Origin: Parcubacteria group bacterium GW2011_GWB1_42_6
Lineage (GTDB): Bacteria > Patescibacteriota > Minisyncoccia > Portnoybacterales > GWB1-42-6
Length of the DNA: 64,000 nt
Direction of reading: 5' to 3'
Assembly: GCA_000997475.1 (NCBI GenBank)
Contig: LCEC01000001.1
Coordinates: 375-64,374, forward strand
The notes under the pieces: generated by a model
The model's input: the letters and a program-made list of their open reading frames with translations, nothing else
Told to the model about the DNA's origin: nothing
Databases searched by the model: none
Shown here: positions 9,987 to 18,698 of the stretch, in pieces
Numbering within the stretch: position 1 is the first letter of the stretch
Layout: every line of letters begins with the position of its first letter
Translations under genes and position numbers: made by a program

Positions 9987-11015
9987 ATGGAAATTTTTAT
10001 GACAAAAAAGTTTTTCAGCGAAAATGAAATCAGGCCCGAGAAATTCAAATCTCGAATGGAAAAGGTCAAGTCGCGGGACATAAAATATCTTTTCAGCAAA
10101 AAAAATCGGTTCGTCAAAGTCAATTGTCCGGCGTGCGGAAGGAATAATTTTAAAAAAGCTTTCAAGAAATACGGTTTCACTTTTGATTCATGCGGCGATT
10201 GCGGCACCGTCTTTATGAATCCGAGAGCCACGCCGGAAATATTGGACGATTTTTATTCCCAATCCGCGGTTTACGCGTATTGGAACAAAACAGTCTATCC
10301 GGCTTCGGAAGAATTGAGAAGAGAAAAAATCGTTAAGCCCAGGGTAAAAAGAATTCTCGAAATTTGCGATAAATTCAAGATTCCAAAAAAATGTTTGGTT
10401 GAAGCGGGGGCGGGGTTCGGAACTTTCTGCGACGAGGTTAAAAAGACTGGAGAATTCCAGAGAGTCGTAGCCATTGAGCCTTCGGCAACGGCGAAATCAT
10501 GCCGCCAGAAGGGGATAGAAACCATAGAAGATTTCATTGAAAATATAAAAACCTTGAAATTCGCTCCAAATGTCGTGGCTTCTTTTGAAGTTATAGAACA
10601 TCTTTTTTCTCCGGAAAATTTTTTAACGGGCTGCAAACGGCTAATGTCAAAAGAATCCATCATCGCGGTCAGTTGCCCCAATTACAATGGTTTTGACATT
10701 TTGACCTTGGGACTTGATTCGGAAAGCATAGATCACGAGCATATTAATCTTTTTAATCCGGATTCTCTGTCAAAGCTTTTCAGCCGCTGCGGTTTTGAAG
10801 TTTTGGAATGTTTTACTCCGGGCGAAATAGACGCCGATATCGTGAGAAATAAAATAATTTCCGGCGAATTTGAAATAAAGGACAAGCCGTTTTTAAAACT
10901 TTTATTGATTGACGAGTGGGACGAAATGGGGGCAAAATTTCAAAGTTTTCTCCAAAATAACAATCTTTCTTCCAATATGTGGCTGGTAGCCAAAAATAAG
11001 CAGTCAGCAATTTGA
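9987..11015 (+). CDS. SAM-dependent methyltransferase with N-terminal Cys4 zinc ribbon, paralog 1
   Basis: CPACG..(22)..CGDCG zinc ribbon, then class I MTase motif EAGAGFGTF; probable start at MTKKF (9999). Confidence 0.6.
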   Translation: MEIFMTKKFFSENEIRPEKFKSRMEKVKSRDIKYLFSKKNRFVKVNCPACGRNNFKKAFKKYGFTFDSCGDCGTVFMNPRATPEILDDFYSQSAVYAYWNKTVYPASEELRREKIVKPRVKRILEICDKFKIPKKCLVEAGAGFGTFCDEVKKTGEFQRVVAIEPSATAKSCRQKGIETIEDFIENIKTLKFAPNVVASFEVIEHLFSPENFLTGCKRLMSKESIIAVSCPNYNGFDILTLGLDSESIDHEHINLFNPDSLSKLFSRCGFEVLECFTPGEIDADIVRNKIISGEFEIKDKPFLKLLLIDEWDEMGAKFQSFLQNNNLSSNMWLVAKNKQSAI

Positions 11016-11016
11016 T

Positions 11017-11634
11017 ATGGGCGACAAGCTTTGCATTTTAGATTATGGTTCGGGGAACGTGGGGTCTGTTTTTAATATGTTCTCGACAATAATGGACAGA
11101 GTGGTTGTCTCTAATCGGCCGCCCGATTTGATTTCCTCAACTCATATAATATTGCCGGGCGTGGGCGCTTTTGGCTCTGCCATGGAGAAAATCAAAAAAA
11201 CTATTCCTTTGGACGTTTTGGAAGAAGAAGTTTTGCGAAAAGGCAAACCTTTTTTGGGAATATGCGTGGGTATGCAAGTATTGGCCGACAAAGGTTTTGA
11301 ATTTGGCGAATGCAAGGGATTGGGCTGGATTTCGGGAACGGTTGAAAAAATGGAAAGCGGAGATTTTTCCCTGCCGCACGTGGGCTGGAACAATATTGAA
11401 GTATCGAGGCAAACGAAATTATTTGAAGGCCTTTCCGATAATCAGGATTTTTATTTCGTCCATAGTTATGTTTTCAAGGAAAAAAATTCCAATGACGCGG
11501 CGGCCAAAACGGATTATGGCGAAAAGTTTACTTCCGTTGTCGCGAGAGACAATATTTTCGGTGTTCAATTTCATCCGGAAAAAAGCCAAAAAGCCGGCCG
11601 GATTATTTTAAAAAATTTTCTCGATATAAAATGA
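11017..11634 (+). CDS. HisH-like glutamine amidotransferase (WbuY-like)
   Basis: Class I GATase motifs ILDYGSGNVGSV, GVGAFG, HVGWN, QFHPEKS. Confidence 0.8.
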   Translation: MGDKLCILDYGSGNVGSVFNMFSTIMDRVVVSNRPPDLISSTHIILPGVGAFGSAMEKIKKTIPLDVLEEEVLRKGKPFLGICVGMQVLADKGFEFGECKGLGWISGTVEKMESGDFSLPHVGWNNIEVSRQTKLFEGLSDNQDFYFVHSYVFKEKNSNDAAAKTDYGEKFTSVVARDNIFGVQFHPEKSQKAGRIILKNFLDIK

Positions 11635-12437
11635 AAAAGAAACGCCTCATCCCCGTTCTTCTTTTAAAAAACGGCTGGCTCGTGCAAAGCAGGGAATTTA
11701 AATTTTACAGGAATTTGGGGAATCCGGTTGACGCGGTAAAAAGGCTAAACGAATGGGTTTCCGACGAACTGATTTATTTGAACATATCCAAGGAAGAAGT
11801 GTATGATATAAGAAGAGACGATCAAAATTATCCCAATCGTTGTTCGTTTGAAGAAATTATAGCGGATGTTTCTAAAGCGACTTTTATGCCAATGACGGTG
11901 GGCGGACGAATTGGAAACTTAAACAATATTGAAAAATTATTGTCCCTTGGAGCGGATAAAGTTTCCATTAATTCAAAAGCATTGGAAGACAAAAAATTTA
12001 TTGAGCAATCGGCCAGAGAATTCGGTTCCCAATGCGTGGTTGTTTCGATCGACGCCAAAATTATTAATGGAAAATATATTGTGATGTCGCAGGGAGGATC
12101 GAAAGAGACTCTTTACAATCCGGTTGAGTGGGCAAAAACCGTTGAATCGCTCGGAGCCGGAGAGATTCTTTTAAATTCGATTGATCGCGATGGCATGAAA
12201 AATGGCTACGATATTGATTTATTGGCTGCCGTTTCGGATGCTGTAAAAATTCCGGTAATTGCCTGCGGGGGCGTTGGCGAATGGGCGCATTTTGCCGAAG
12301 CGCTCCAAAAAACGAAGGTTGACGCGGTGGCCGCGGCGAATATTTTTCATTATATCGATCAGAGCGTTTATTTGGCCAAAAAATATCTTTATGAAGAGGG
12401 TTGCAATGTCAGACCTTGCGATCTGATGCCGGCCTGA
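11631..12437 (+). CDS. HisF-like cyclase subunit (WbuZ-like)
   Basis: IPVLLLKNG.. N-terminus and ..ACGGVG.. C-terminal phosphate-binding motif of HisF/HisA (beta/alpha)8 enzymes; overlaps the hisH-like stop. Confidence 0.8.
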   Translation: MKKKRLIPVLLLKNGWLVQSREFKFYRNLGNPVDAVKRLNEWVSDELIYLNISKEEVYDIRRDDQNYPNRCSFEEIIADVSKATFMPMTVGGRIGNLNNIEKLLSLGADKVSINSKALEDKKFIEQSAREFGSQCVVVSIDAKIINGKYIVMSQGGSKETLYNPVEWAKTVESLGAGEILLNSIDRDGMKNGYDIDLLAAVSDAVKIPVIACGGVGEWAHFAEALQKTKVDAVAAANIFHYIDQSVYLAKKYLYEEGCNVRPCDLMPA

Positions 12438-13471
12438 AAATTATTTTTGGCGGTCAATCCTATTTTCGGGATCCTCTTATGAAAGAAGAAGAAATCAGAC
12501 CCGGCAATCTAATGGCTGAAAATAGCAAACTGCACGCAAAAGATGTGGCCGAAATTTTGATTCGCCGAAAAGAATTTAAAAAAATAGCCTGTCCCGCTTG
12601 CGAATCAAAGAAGCAAAAATTCGCGTTTAAGAAAGATGGATTCAATTTCGCGGTTTGCTTGAAATGCGGCACTCTATTTATCAATCCAAGGCCTTCCCGC
12701 GAATTGTTGGCGGATTTTTATAAAAATTCGCGCAGCATCCGCCATTGGAGCGATAAAATTTTTCCGGCCAGCGAAAAACAAAGAAGATCGCAAATTTTTT
12801 ATCCGAGAGCGAAACGGATTATCGGTCTTTGCAAAAAATTTAAAATTAAAAACGGAGTTCTGGCGGATATCGGCGCCGGTTTCGGCACTTTCTGCCAAGA
12901 AGTCAAGAAATTAAATTTTTTTAAAGAAATTATTGCCATAGAGCCTTCAAAAAAATTAGCGCAGGTTTGCCGGCAAAAAGGTATTTTTGTGATTGAAGAA
13001 ATGGCCGAAAACGTAAATTTGGAAAAAATTGACGTGGTGACCAGTTTTGAATTGCTGGAACATCTTTTTTGGCCAAAAAACTTTCTTTGCGCTTTGTCCA
13101 AAAATATGTCCAAAAATTCCCTGTTTATTCTCACGACCCCAAACATAAGAGGATTTGATTTGCTTACTCTGGGAGAGCTTTCCAATAATATCAAGGGGCC
13201 GAACCATTTGAATTATTTTCATCCCGGTTCAATCAGCCTTCTATTGGAAGGTTGCGGATTTGAAGTGGTTGAGGTTCTGACGCCCGGAAAACTTGACGCG
13301 GAACTGGTAAGGAAAAAAATTTTACAGGACGATCCGGGCATCTTTTTAAATCGTCCTTTTATTCGGCACATCTTGGTGGACAAATGGAAATCCGTAGGAA
13401 ATTCTTTTCAGCATTTTTTGGCAGATAATAATTTATCTTCCCATTTATGGGTCGTGGCGAAGAAAAAATAA
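12401..13471 (+). CDS. SAM-dependent methyltransferase with N-terminal Cys4 zinc ribbon, paralog 2
   Basis: CPACE..CLKCG ribbon and DIGAGFGTF MTase motif; the same architecture as 9987-11015; probable start MKEEE at 12479. Confidence 0.6.
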   Translation: MQCQTLRSDAGLKIIFGGQSYFRDPLMKEEEIRPGNLMAENSKLHAKDVAEILIRRKEFKKIACPACESKKQKFAFKKDGFNFAVCLKCGTLFINPRPSRELLADFYKNSRSIRHWSDKIFPASEKQRRSQIFYPRAKRIIGLCKKFKIKNGVLADIGAGFGTFCQEVKKLNFFKEIIAIEPSKKLAQVCRQKGIFVIEEMAENVNLEKIDVVTSFELLEHLFWPKNFLCALSKNMSKNSLFILTTPNIRGFDLLTLGELSNNIKGPNHLNYFHPGSISLLLEGCGFEVVEVLTPGKLDAELVRKKILQDDPGIFLNRPFIRHILVDKWKSVGNSFQHFLADNNLSSHLWVVAKKK

Positions 13472-13475
13472 AAAT

Positions 13476-14690
13476 ATGAAATATTGCGAAAGGTGCGTTT
13501 ATCCAAAAGTCTCGGTAAATCTTGAATTGGACAGCGAGGGAGTTTGTTCAAGTTGCCGAACTTTTGAAAAATTCAAAGCAACCCCTTCCCAAATATGGGA
13601 AAAAAAGAAAAAAAAGTTTGAAGAAATTATCGCCAATTCCAAAAAAAGCGGCGTTTCCAATTATGACTGCGTTATTCCCGTTAGCGGCGGCAAAGACAGT
13701 TATTTTCAAGCGCATGTGATAGTTTCCGAATTTGGCTTGAAACCCTTGCTTGTAACTTATCATGGCAATAATTACCTGCCCGAAGGAGATTATAACCGCG
13801 ACAGGATGCGCCAAGTATTTGATGCCGATCATCTTGTTTTCGGTCCAAGCGTCGAGGTCTTGAAAAAACTCAACAGAATTGGTTTCAAGAAAATGGGAGA
13901 TATGAATTGGCACGCTCATTGCGGCATTGTCACTTATCCGATAATCGCCGCGGTTAAATTCAATATTCCGCTTATTATTTGGGGAGAGGTCGCGTGGGAT
14001 ATTTCGGGAATGTTTGATCCGGACGATTTTGTGGAGTTTAGCGCGCGGGTGCGTCACGAACATTATGTGAGAGGCTATGAATGGAGCGATATGGTAAATA
14101 ATGATCCCAAAGACAGATTAACCGAAAAAGATATGCTTTGGGCCAAATATCCTTCCGATGAAGAAATCTTGAAGGTTGGCGCGAGGGGATTATATATAGG
14201 AAATTTTTTCCGATGGGATCCCAATAATCATGTAAAATTGGTTCAGAAAAAATACGGGTGGAAGGCTAAAGAAGGACAGTTTGAAAGAACTTATCGCAAA
14301 TTTTCCAATTTGGATGACAGATACGAAAATGGCGCGCACGATCTGATGAAATTCATAAAATTCGGCTATGGCCGAGCTTCCGATCACGCCTCCAAAGATA
14401 TCCGCGACGGTTATATGACTCGCGAGCAAGGAGTAGCAATGGTAAAAAAATATGATCATGTGATTTCAAAAGATCTTTATTATTGGCTTGAGTATGTCGG
14501 TATGAGCGAGAAAGAATTTTGGCGCATAGCCGATACTTTCAGGGATCCTCGGGTTTGGCGGATTGAGAGCGGCCAATGGGTGAAAGATAATATCTGGGGC
14601 GGTTCATCAGCTTATGGGCCGGTTCATCTGAATGTTAAACAAATTAAAGCTTATAAAGAACGCCAGAAAAAGATAAATCGGATAATTTAA
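13476..14690 (+). CDS. N-acetyl-sugar amidotransferase (WbuX/PseA/WbpG family, PP-loop ATPase)
   Basis: N-terminal zinc-binding CERC..CSSC followed by the PP-loop SGGKDS; 404 aa. Confidence 0.75.
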   Translation: MKYCERCVYPKVSVNLELDSEGVCSSCRTFEKFKATPSQIWEKKKKKFEEIIANSKKSGVSNYDCVIPVSGGKDSYFQAHVIVSEFGLKPLLVTYHGNNYLPEGDYNRDRMRQVFDADHLVFGPSVEVLKKLNRIGFKKMGDMNWHAHCGIVTYPIIAAVKFNIPLIIWGEVAWDISGMFDPDDFVEFSARVRHEHYVRGYEWSDMVNNDPKDRLTEKDMLWAKYPSDEEILKVGARGLYIGNFFRWDPNNHVKLVQKKYGWKAKEGQFERTYRKFSNLDDRYENGAHDLMKFIKFGYGRASDHASKDIRDGYMTREQGVAMVKKYDHVISKDLYYWLEYVGMSEKEFWRIADTFRDPRVWRIESGQWVKDNIWGGSSAYGPVHLNVKQIKAYKERQKKINRII

Positions 14691-14700
14691 GATTAAAAAA

Positions 14701-16230
14701 ATGAAAATCTCTCTCATTGTGAGCGCCGATATCACCGACAGCTACGGCTTCAACGTTTTGGCGGCGCAGCTTAAAAAATTCAAAGACAGAAACGTCGAGG
14801 TTGGGCAGTTTTATATTTTTTACGATTTCAACAAATCCTATCCGCCCGAAGCGATTGAGGATTTGGTTTCTTTGTGCCGAGGGAGCGATCTTATCGGCAT
14901 TTCGCTGCTTTCCAGCGCTTTCAAAAATTCCGTCGCGATTACCAAAGCTCTGAAAGAGAAAATAAATTGTCCCGTAATCTGGGGCGGCAAACATCCCACG
15001 GCTGATCCGGAAGAATGCGTCAGGTATGCCGATATGATTTGTTTGAGCGAAGGAGAAGACGCGCTTTGCGAACTGGTGGAGAGAATGCTGGAAAACAAAT
15101 CTTACGATGATATCCAAAATCTTTGGGTGAGAAAAGGCGATTGGATAATCAAGAATCCGTTAAGGCCGGTGGAGGAAAATTTGGATCGTTTTCTGCCGCC
15201 CGATTATTCTCTGGAAAACAAATTTGTTTTGGACAAAAAAACTTTGCGCATTCGGCCGATCGAAGATCGCGATCTGGAGAATATGCGTTTGTGGTATCCC
15301 ACGATGATGACGCGGGGATGCCCCAATTGCTGCACTTTTTGCACCAACAGCACCGATCTGCGTTTGCGAAAAATGCGTTCGCGCGGGCTGGATAATGTTT
15401 TTGGCGAAATCAAAATTTTTTTGAAAAAATATCCGGACACAAAAAGGATTTTTTTCCGCGACGATTGCATCAGCGCGATGCCTCTTGATTTCATCAAAGA
15501 ATTCTGCCGGCGGTGGAAAGAGGAAATCAATTTGCCTTGCAGCTGTTCGGGAGTGATCGCGACCAGCCCGGATTTTGAGGAAAAAATAAAATTGCTCACT
15601 GATGCCGGATTCACCGGTCTGAAAATGGGAATACAATCGGGTTGCGAAAGAGTGCGCCGGTTTGTTTTTGCCAGAGTCGGCGAAACCGATGAAGTGATTA
15701 TGAAGGCGGCGAGAATTCTGCGAAAATGGGCCCACGGCAAGAATTGTTATTATATGATCACCGATAATCCTTATGAATCGGAAGAAGAATTGGTTCAATC
15801 AATAAGATTCACCAGCCGCGTGCCGCGCCCTTTTTCTTTATCCCTTTATTCTCTCAATTTCTATCCCGGCACCGCGATTTACAATCGGGCCATAAACGGC
15901 GGGATTATAAAAGACAAAGAGCAGGCGCTTCAGGAATCAACCATGGATTTTAAAGACACTTATTTGGGCCGGGTTTTCCTTTTGCTCCGTTTTTTCGAAC
16001 TTCCGCCTTTCTTTGTGAATTTTTTGACGAACAAGAAAATTTATTCCAATAAAATTTACCGAAAATCATTCAATCTGTTTTTTTGGTTTCTTTGCCGGAG
16101 TAAATTGCCCACCCGATGGATAAGGGCGCCCAGGCTCAAAGATCCCGACACTTGGGAAATTATCAGATGGATTGTCTGGCAGGGCATTGAACGCGCAAGC
16201 CGCTGCTATCACCGGCGCTTTGTGAAATAA
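14701..16230 (+). CDS. B12-binding domain radical SAM protein
   Basis: N-terminal cobalamin-binding-like Rossmann segment (LIGISLLSS..CPVIWGGKHPT), then the CxxxCxxC cluster in MMTRGCPNCCTFC. Confidence 0.75.
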   Translation: MKISLIVSADITDSYGFNVLAAQLKKFKDRNVEVGQFYIFYDFNKSYPPEAIEDLVSLCRGSDLIGISLLSSAFKNSVAITKALKEKINCPVIWGGKHPTADPEECVRYADMICLSEGEDALCELVERMLENKSYDDIQNLWVRKGDWIIKNPLRPVEENLDRFLPPDYSLENKFVLDKKTLRIRPIEDRDLENMRLWYPTMMTRGCPNCCTFCTNSTDLRLRKMRSRGLDNVFGEIKIFLKKYPDTKRIFFRDDCISAMPLDFIKEFCRRWKEEINLPCSCSGVIATSPDFEEKIKLLTDAGFTGLKMGIQSGCERVRRFVFARVGETDEVIMKAARILRKWAHGKNCYYMITDNPYESEEELVQSIRFTSRVPRPFSLSLYSLNFYPGTAIYNRAINGGIIKDKEQALQESTMDFKDTYLGRVFLLLRFFELPPFFVNFLTNKKIYSNKIYRKSFNLFFWFLCRSKLPTRWIRAPRLKDPDTWEIIRWIVWQGIERASRCYHRRFVK

Positions 16231-16287
16231 GCATATTTTTTACAAAAAAGAGATCGGGCGAAATTAATTCGTAATTGGCTAGCAAAT

Positions 16288-17247
16288 ATGAAAATTCTAA
16301 ACGCAATCGGCAAAGAATTCAGCCTTTCGGCCAAACCTATTCTTGAAAAAGCGGGAGAAGTCGATTATTTGAATTTGGCGCAGGATGAATTTGAGGAAAA
16401 AATTGTCTCTTACGACGCTGCTGTTTTGGGATTAGGCTTGAATTTGAACGAAGAAGTTTTGCGGAAAGCCAAGAATCTGAAAGTGATTGCCACAGCCACC
16501 ACGGGTTTGGATCATATTGATTTAAAAACAGCCCAAGAAAAAGGAATCGAAGTTTTGAGCTTGAAAGGCGAAGAAGAATTTTTAAAAACCATCGCGGGAA
16601 CGGCCGAACTGGCTTTTGGATTGCTTATCGATCTTTCCAGAATGGTTTCAGCCGGCTTTGAATCGGTAAAAAAAGGCGAGTGGGATCGCGAAAAATTCAG
16701 GGGACATAATCTGCGAGGCAAAACTTTGGGAATTTTGGGTTTGGGCCGGCTTGGGCAAATGATGGCCAAATACGGTTTGGCTTTCGGTATGCGCGCAATC
16801 GCTTGCGATCCTTATGTTAAAAAGGAATCTTTCAGCGATTCCGGCTGCCGGCGCGTTGATTTTGAAACTTTGCTCAAAGAGAGCGATGCCGTTTCAATCC
16901 ACGTCCATTTGAGCGAAAAAACGGAAGGTCTTTTTTCAAAAGAATCTTTTGAAAAAATGAAAGACGGGGCGCTTTTAATAAACACCTCAAGGGGGAAAAT
17001 AGTAAATGAGGAAGATTTAATCCAATTTTTAAAAAACGGCAAGATTGGGGGATACGCGGCTGATGTATTGACAAATGAGCTTAAATTTGGTAAAAAGTTT
17101 GAAAGCGATCCGTTGGTTGAATGCGCCAAAAACGGCCAAAATGTCATAATCACTCCGCATATCGGCGGAATGACCTATGAATCGAGGGAAGCCACGGATA
17201 TGTTTATTTCTCAAAAATTGCTTGATTATGTCCAAAATAACGAATAA
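16288..17247 (+). CDS. D-isomer-specific 2-hydroxyacid dehydrogenase (NAD-binding)
   Basis: GKTLGILGLGRLGQ dinucleotide-binding motif and the catalytic-domain pattern of the D-2-hydroxyacid dehydrogenase family. Confidence 0.75.
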   Translation: MKILNAIGKEFSLSAKPILEKAGEVDYLNLAQDEFEEKIVSYDAAVLGLGLNLNEEVLRKAKNLKVIATATTGLDHIDLKTAQEKGIEVLSLKGEEEFLKTIAGTAELAFGLLIDLSRMVSAGFESVKKGEWDREKFRGHNLRGKTLGILGLGRLGQMMAKYGLAFGMRAIACDPYVKKESFSDSGCRRVDFETLLKESDAVSIHVHLSEKTEGLFSKESFEKMKDGALLINTSRGKIVNEEDLIQFLKNGKIGGYAADVLTNELKFGKKFESDPLVECAKNGQNVIITPHIGGMTYESREATDMFISQKLLDYVQNNE

Positions 17248-17962
17248 AAAGAAAAAAGTTTTGGGAATTATTCCGGCCAGAGGCGGCTCCAAAGGAATTC
17301 CCGGCAAAAACATAAAAAATTTTTGCGGCAAGCCCCTGCTCGCCCATATTTTTGAGGCGGCCAAGAATTCCGGAGTGTTTGACCGGATAATCGTTTCCAC
17401 GGATGACGAAAAAATCGCTCAAGTTGCCAAAAAATGCGGCGCCGAAGTCCCGTTCATTCGTCCGGCCCGACTCGCTCAAGACAAAACTCCCACTTTGCCC
17501 GTGATTCAACACGCCGTAAATTATTTAAAAGAAAATGAAAATTATAACCCCGATTATGTGATGATTTTGCAGCCCACCGTTCCCTTGACGCAGTCCAGGC
17601 ATTTGAAAGAGGCGGTTGAACTTATTTTGAATAAAAAAGCGGATACGGTTTTGAGCGTTGCCGAAATTCCCGAGAGTTTTAATCCTTGCAACGCGATGGT
17701 TCTGGATGAGGGATTCTTAAAGCTTTATAACGGCTTGCCGGTCCGCCAAAGAATTCCCCGCCGCCAAGACAGGCCGCAAACTTTTTGGAGCATCGGTTGC
17801 ATTTATCTTTTTAGAACCGATCTGATTTTTGATCAGAAAGAACCTTCTTTTTACGGCAATAAAATTTTGCCATATATTTTGGAAAAAGAATGCATTTGCG
17901 ACATCAATACGCCGGAAGATTGGGATATCGCCGCAAAGTCTTATAAAAAATTGAGAAAATAG
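17228..17962 (+). CDS. CMP-nonulosonic acid synthetase (acylneuraminate cytidylyltransferase), copy 2
   Basis: VLGIIPARGGSKGIPGKNI..GKPLLAHIFEAA; the ORF-track entry begins at 17177 but the likely start is MSKIT at 17228. Confidence 0.75.
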   Translation: MSKITNKKKKVLGIIPARGGSKGIPGKNIKNFCGKPLLAHIFEAAKNSGVFDRIIVSTDDEKIAQVAKKCGAEVPFIRPARLAQDKTPTLPVIQHAVNYLKENENYNPDYVMILQPTVPLTQSRHLKEAVELILNKKADTVLSVAEIPESFNPCNAMVLDEGFLKLYNGLPVRQRIPRRQDRPQTFWSIGCIYLFRTDLIFDQKEPSFYGNKILPYILEKECICDINTPEDWDIAAKSYKKLRK

Positions 17963-18046
17963 AAAATTATTATTTTTTCTCCGGGAATAAACGGAGAATT
18001 AGGGGTTAATACTTTTATTGTTTCTCTTTCGATTATTCCCGGAGCT

Positions 18047-18640
18047 TTGTTCGACAGATTTATTTTTGGCCATTGTCTCAAATTGAGGCAATGGTTTGGA
18101 ATATTTGTTGCGATAATCGCTGGATATTCCATTCTGCAATGGCCGTCTTTAAAACAATTGCTGAAGATGCCATTATGGATTTGGCTCTCATCCGTTGTAT
18201 CTTTAAGTATGGCGATTGGCCAGTTGATCACTCAGAGAATAAAGGATATCGAAATCTTTCGCAATAATTTTTGGGCGGGAATAACTACATTTACGCTAAA
18301 CTTCTTTTTTCTTTATGCGATGGATTCTTTAGGCCTCCTTAAAAATTTTTCCGAGCCGATGAGATTTTTATGGCTGTTTTCATTACTTATTGGGGTTATA
18401 TTCATCGGAAGCTGGTCATTTAATCTGATGGCTTACAAAAATGAAGCTTATATCGCTCTGAAGAAATTAACGATGAATGGGATTTATTTGACGTTAACCA
18501 TGGCAGCTGGAGTAATTTTCTTCGGGGAGTCATTAAGCGTCGGAAAGATTTTGGGAGTTGTTCTTTTTTTTGTTGCTTTTGTTCTTGTTGATGAAAAAAC
18601 TTGGAATTTTTTCCGTCGGTGGTCAGATAATCAAAGTTGA
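18047..18640 (+). CDS. Small EamA/DMT-like membrane protein (possible lipid-linked sugar flippase subunit)
   Basis: Multi-TM protein with EamA-like C-terminus FFGESLSVGKILGVVLFFVAFVLV. Confidence 0.4.
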   Translation: MFDRFIFGHCLKLRQWFGIFVAIIAGYSILQWPSLKQLLKMPLWIWLSSVVSLSMAIGQLITQRIKDIEIFRNNFWAGITTFTLNFFFLYAMDSLGLLKNFSEPMRFLWLFSLLIGVIFIGSWSFNLMAYKNEAYIALKKLTMNGIYLTLTMAAGVIFFGESLSVGKILGVVLFFVAFVLVDEKTWNFFRRWSDNQS

Positions 18641-18643
18641 GAA

Positions 18644-18677
18644 AATAAAAAACCTCGCTTGCAAGCGAGGTTTTTAA
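18644..18677. terminator. Bidirectional rho-independent terminator between convergent genes
   Basis: A-run, hairpin cctcgcttg/caagcgagg, then T-run. Confidence 0.7.
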
Positions 18678-18698
18678 ATATTGAAATAAGATATAATC

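Noticed and set aside
15160-15798. Long antisense ORFs inside confident genes (for example 15160-15798 and 15204-15740 inside the radical SAM gene, 31110-31814 inside secA, 13548-14063 inside the amidotransferase gene, 37182-37693 inside secD)
   Set aside because: They lie opposite well-supported genes, their products are low-complexity, and there is no start context. They are typical shadow ORFs.
17973-18037. 12-bp inverted repeat ctccgggaataa / ttattcccggag after the second CMP-synthetase gene
   Set aside because: It is probably just a terminator/attenuator-like hairpin between genes. It is single-copy with no other supporting context.
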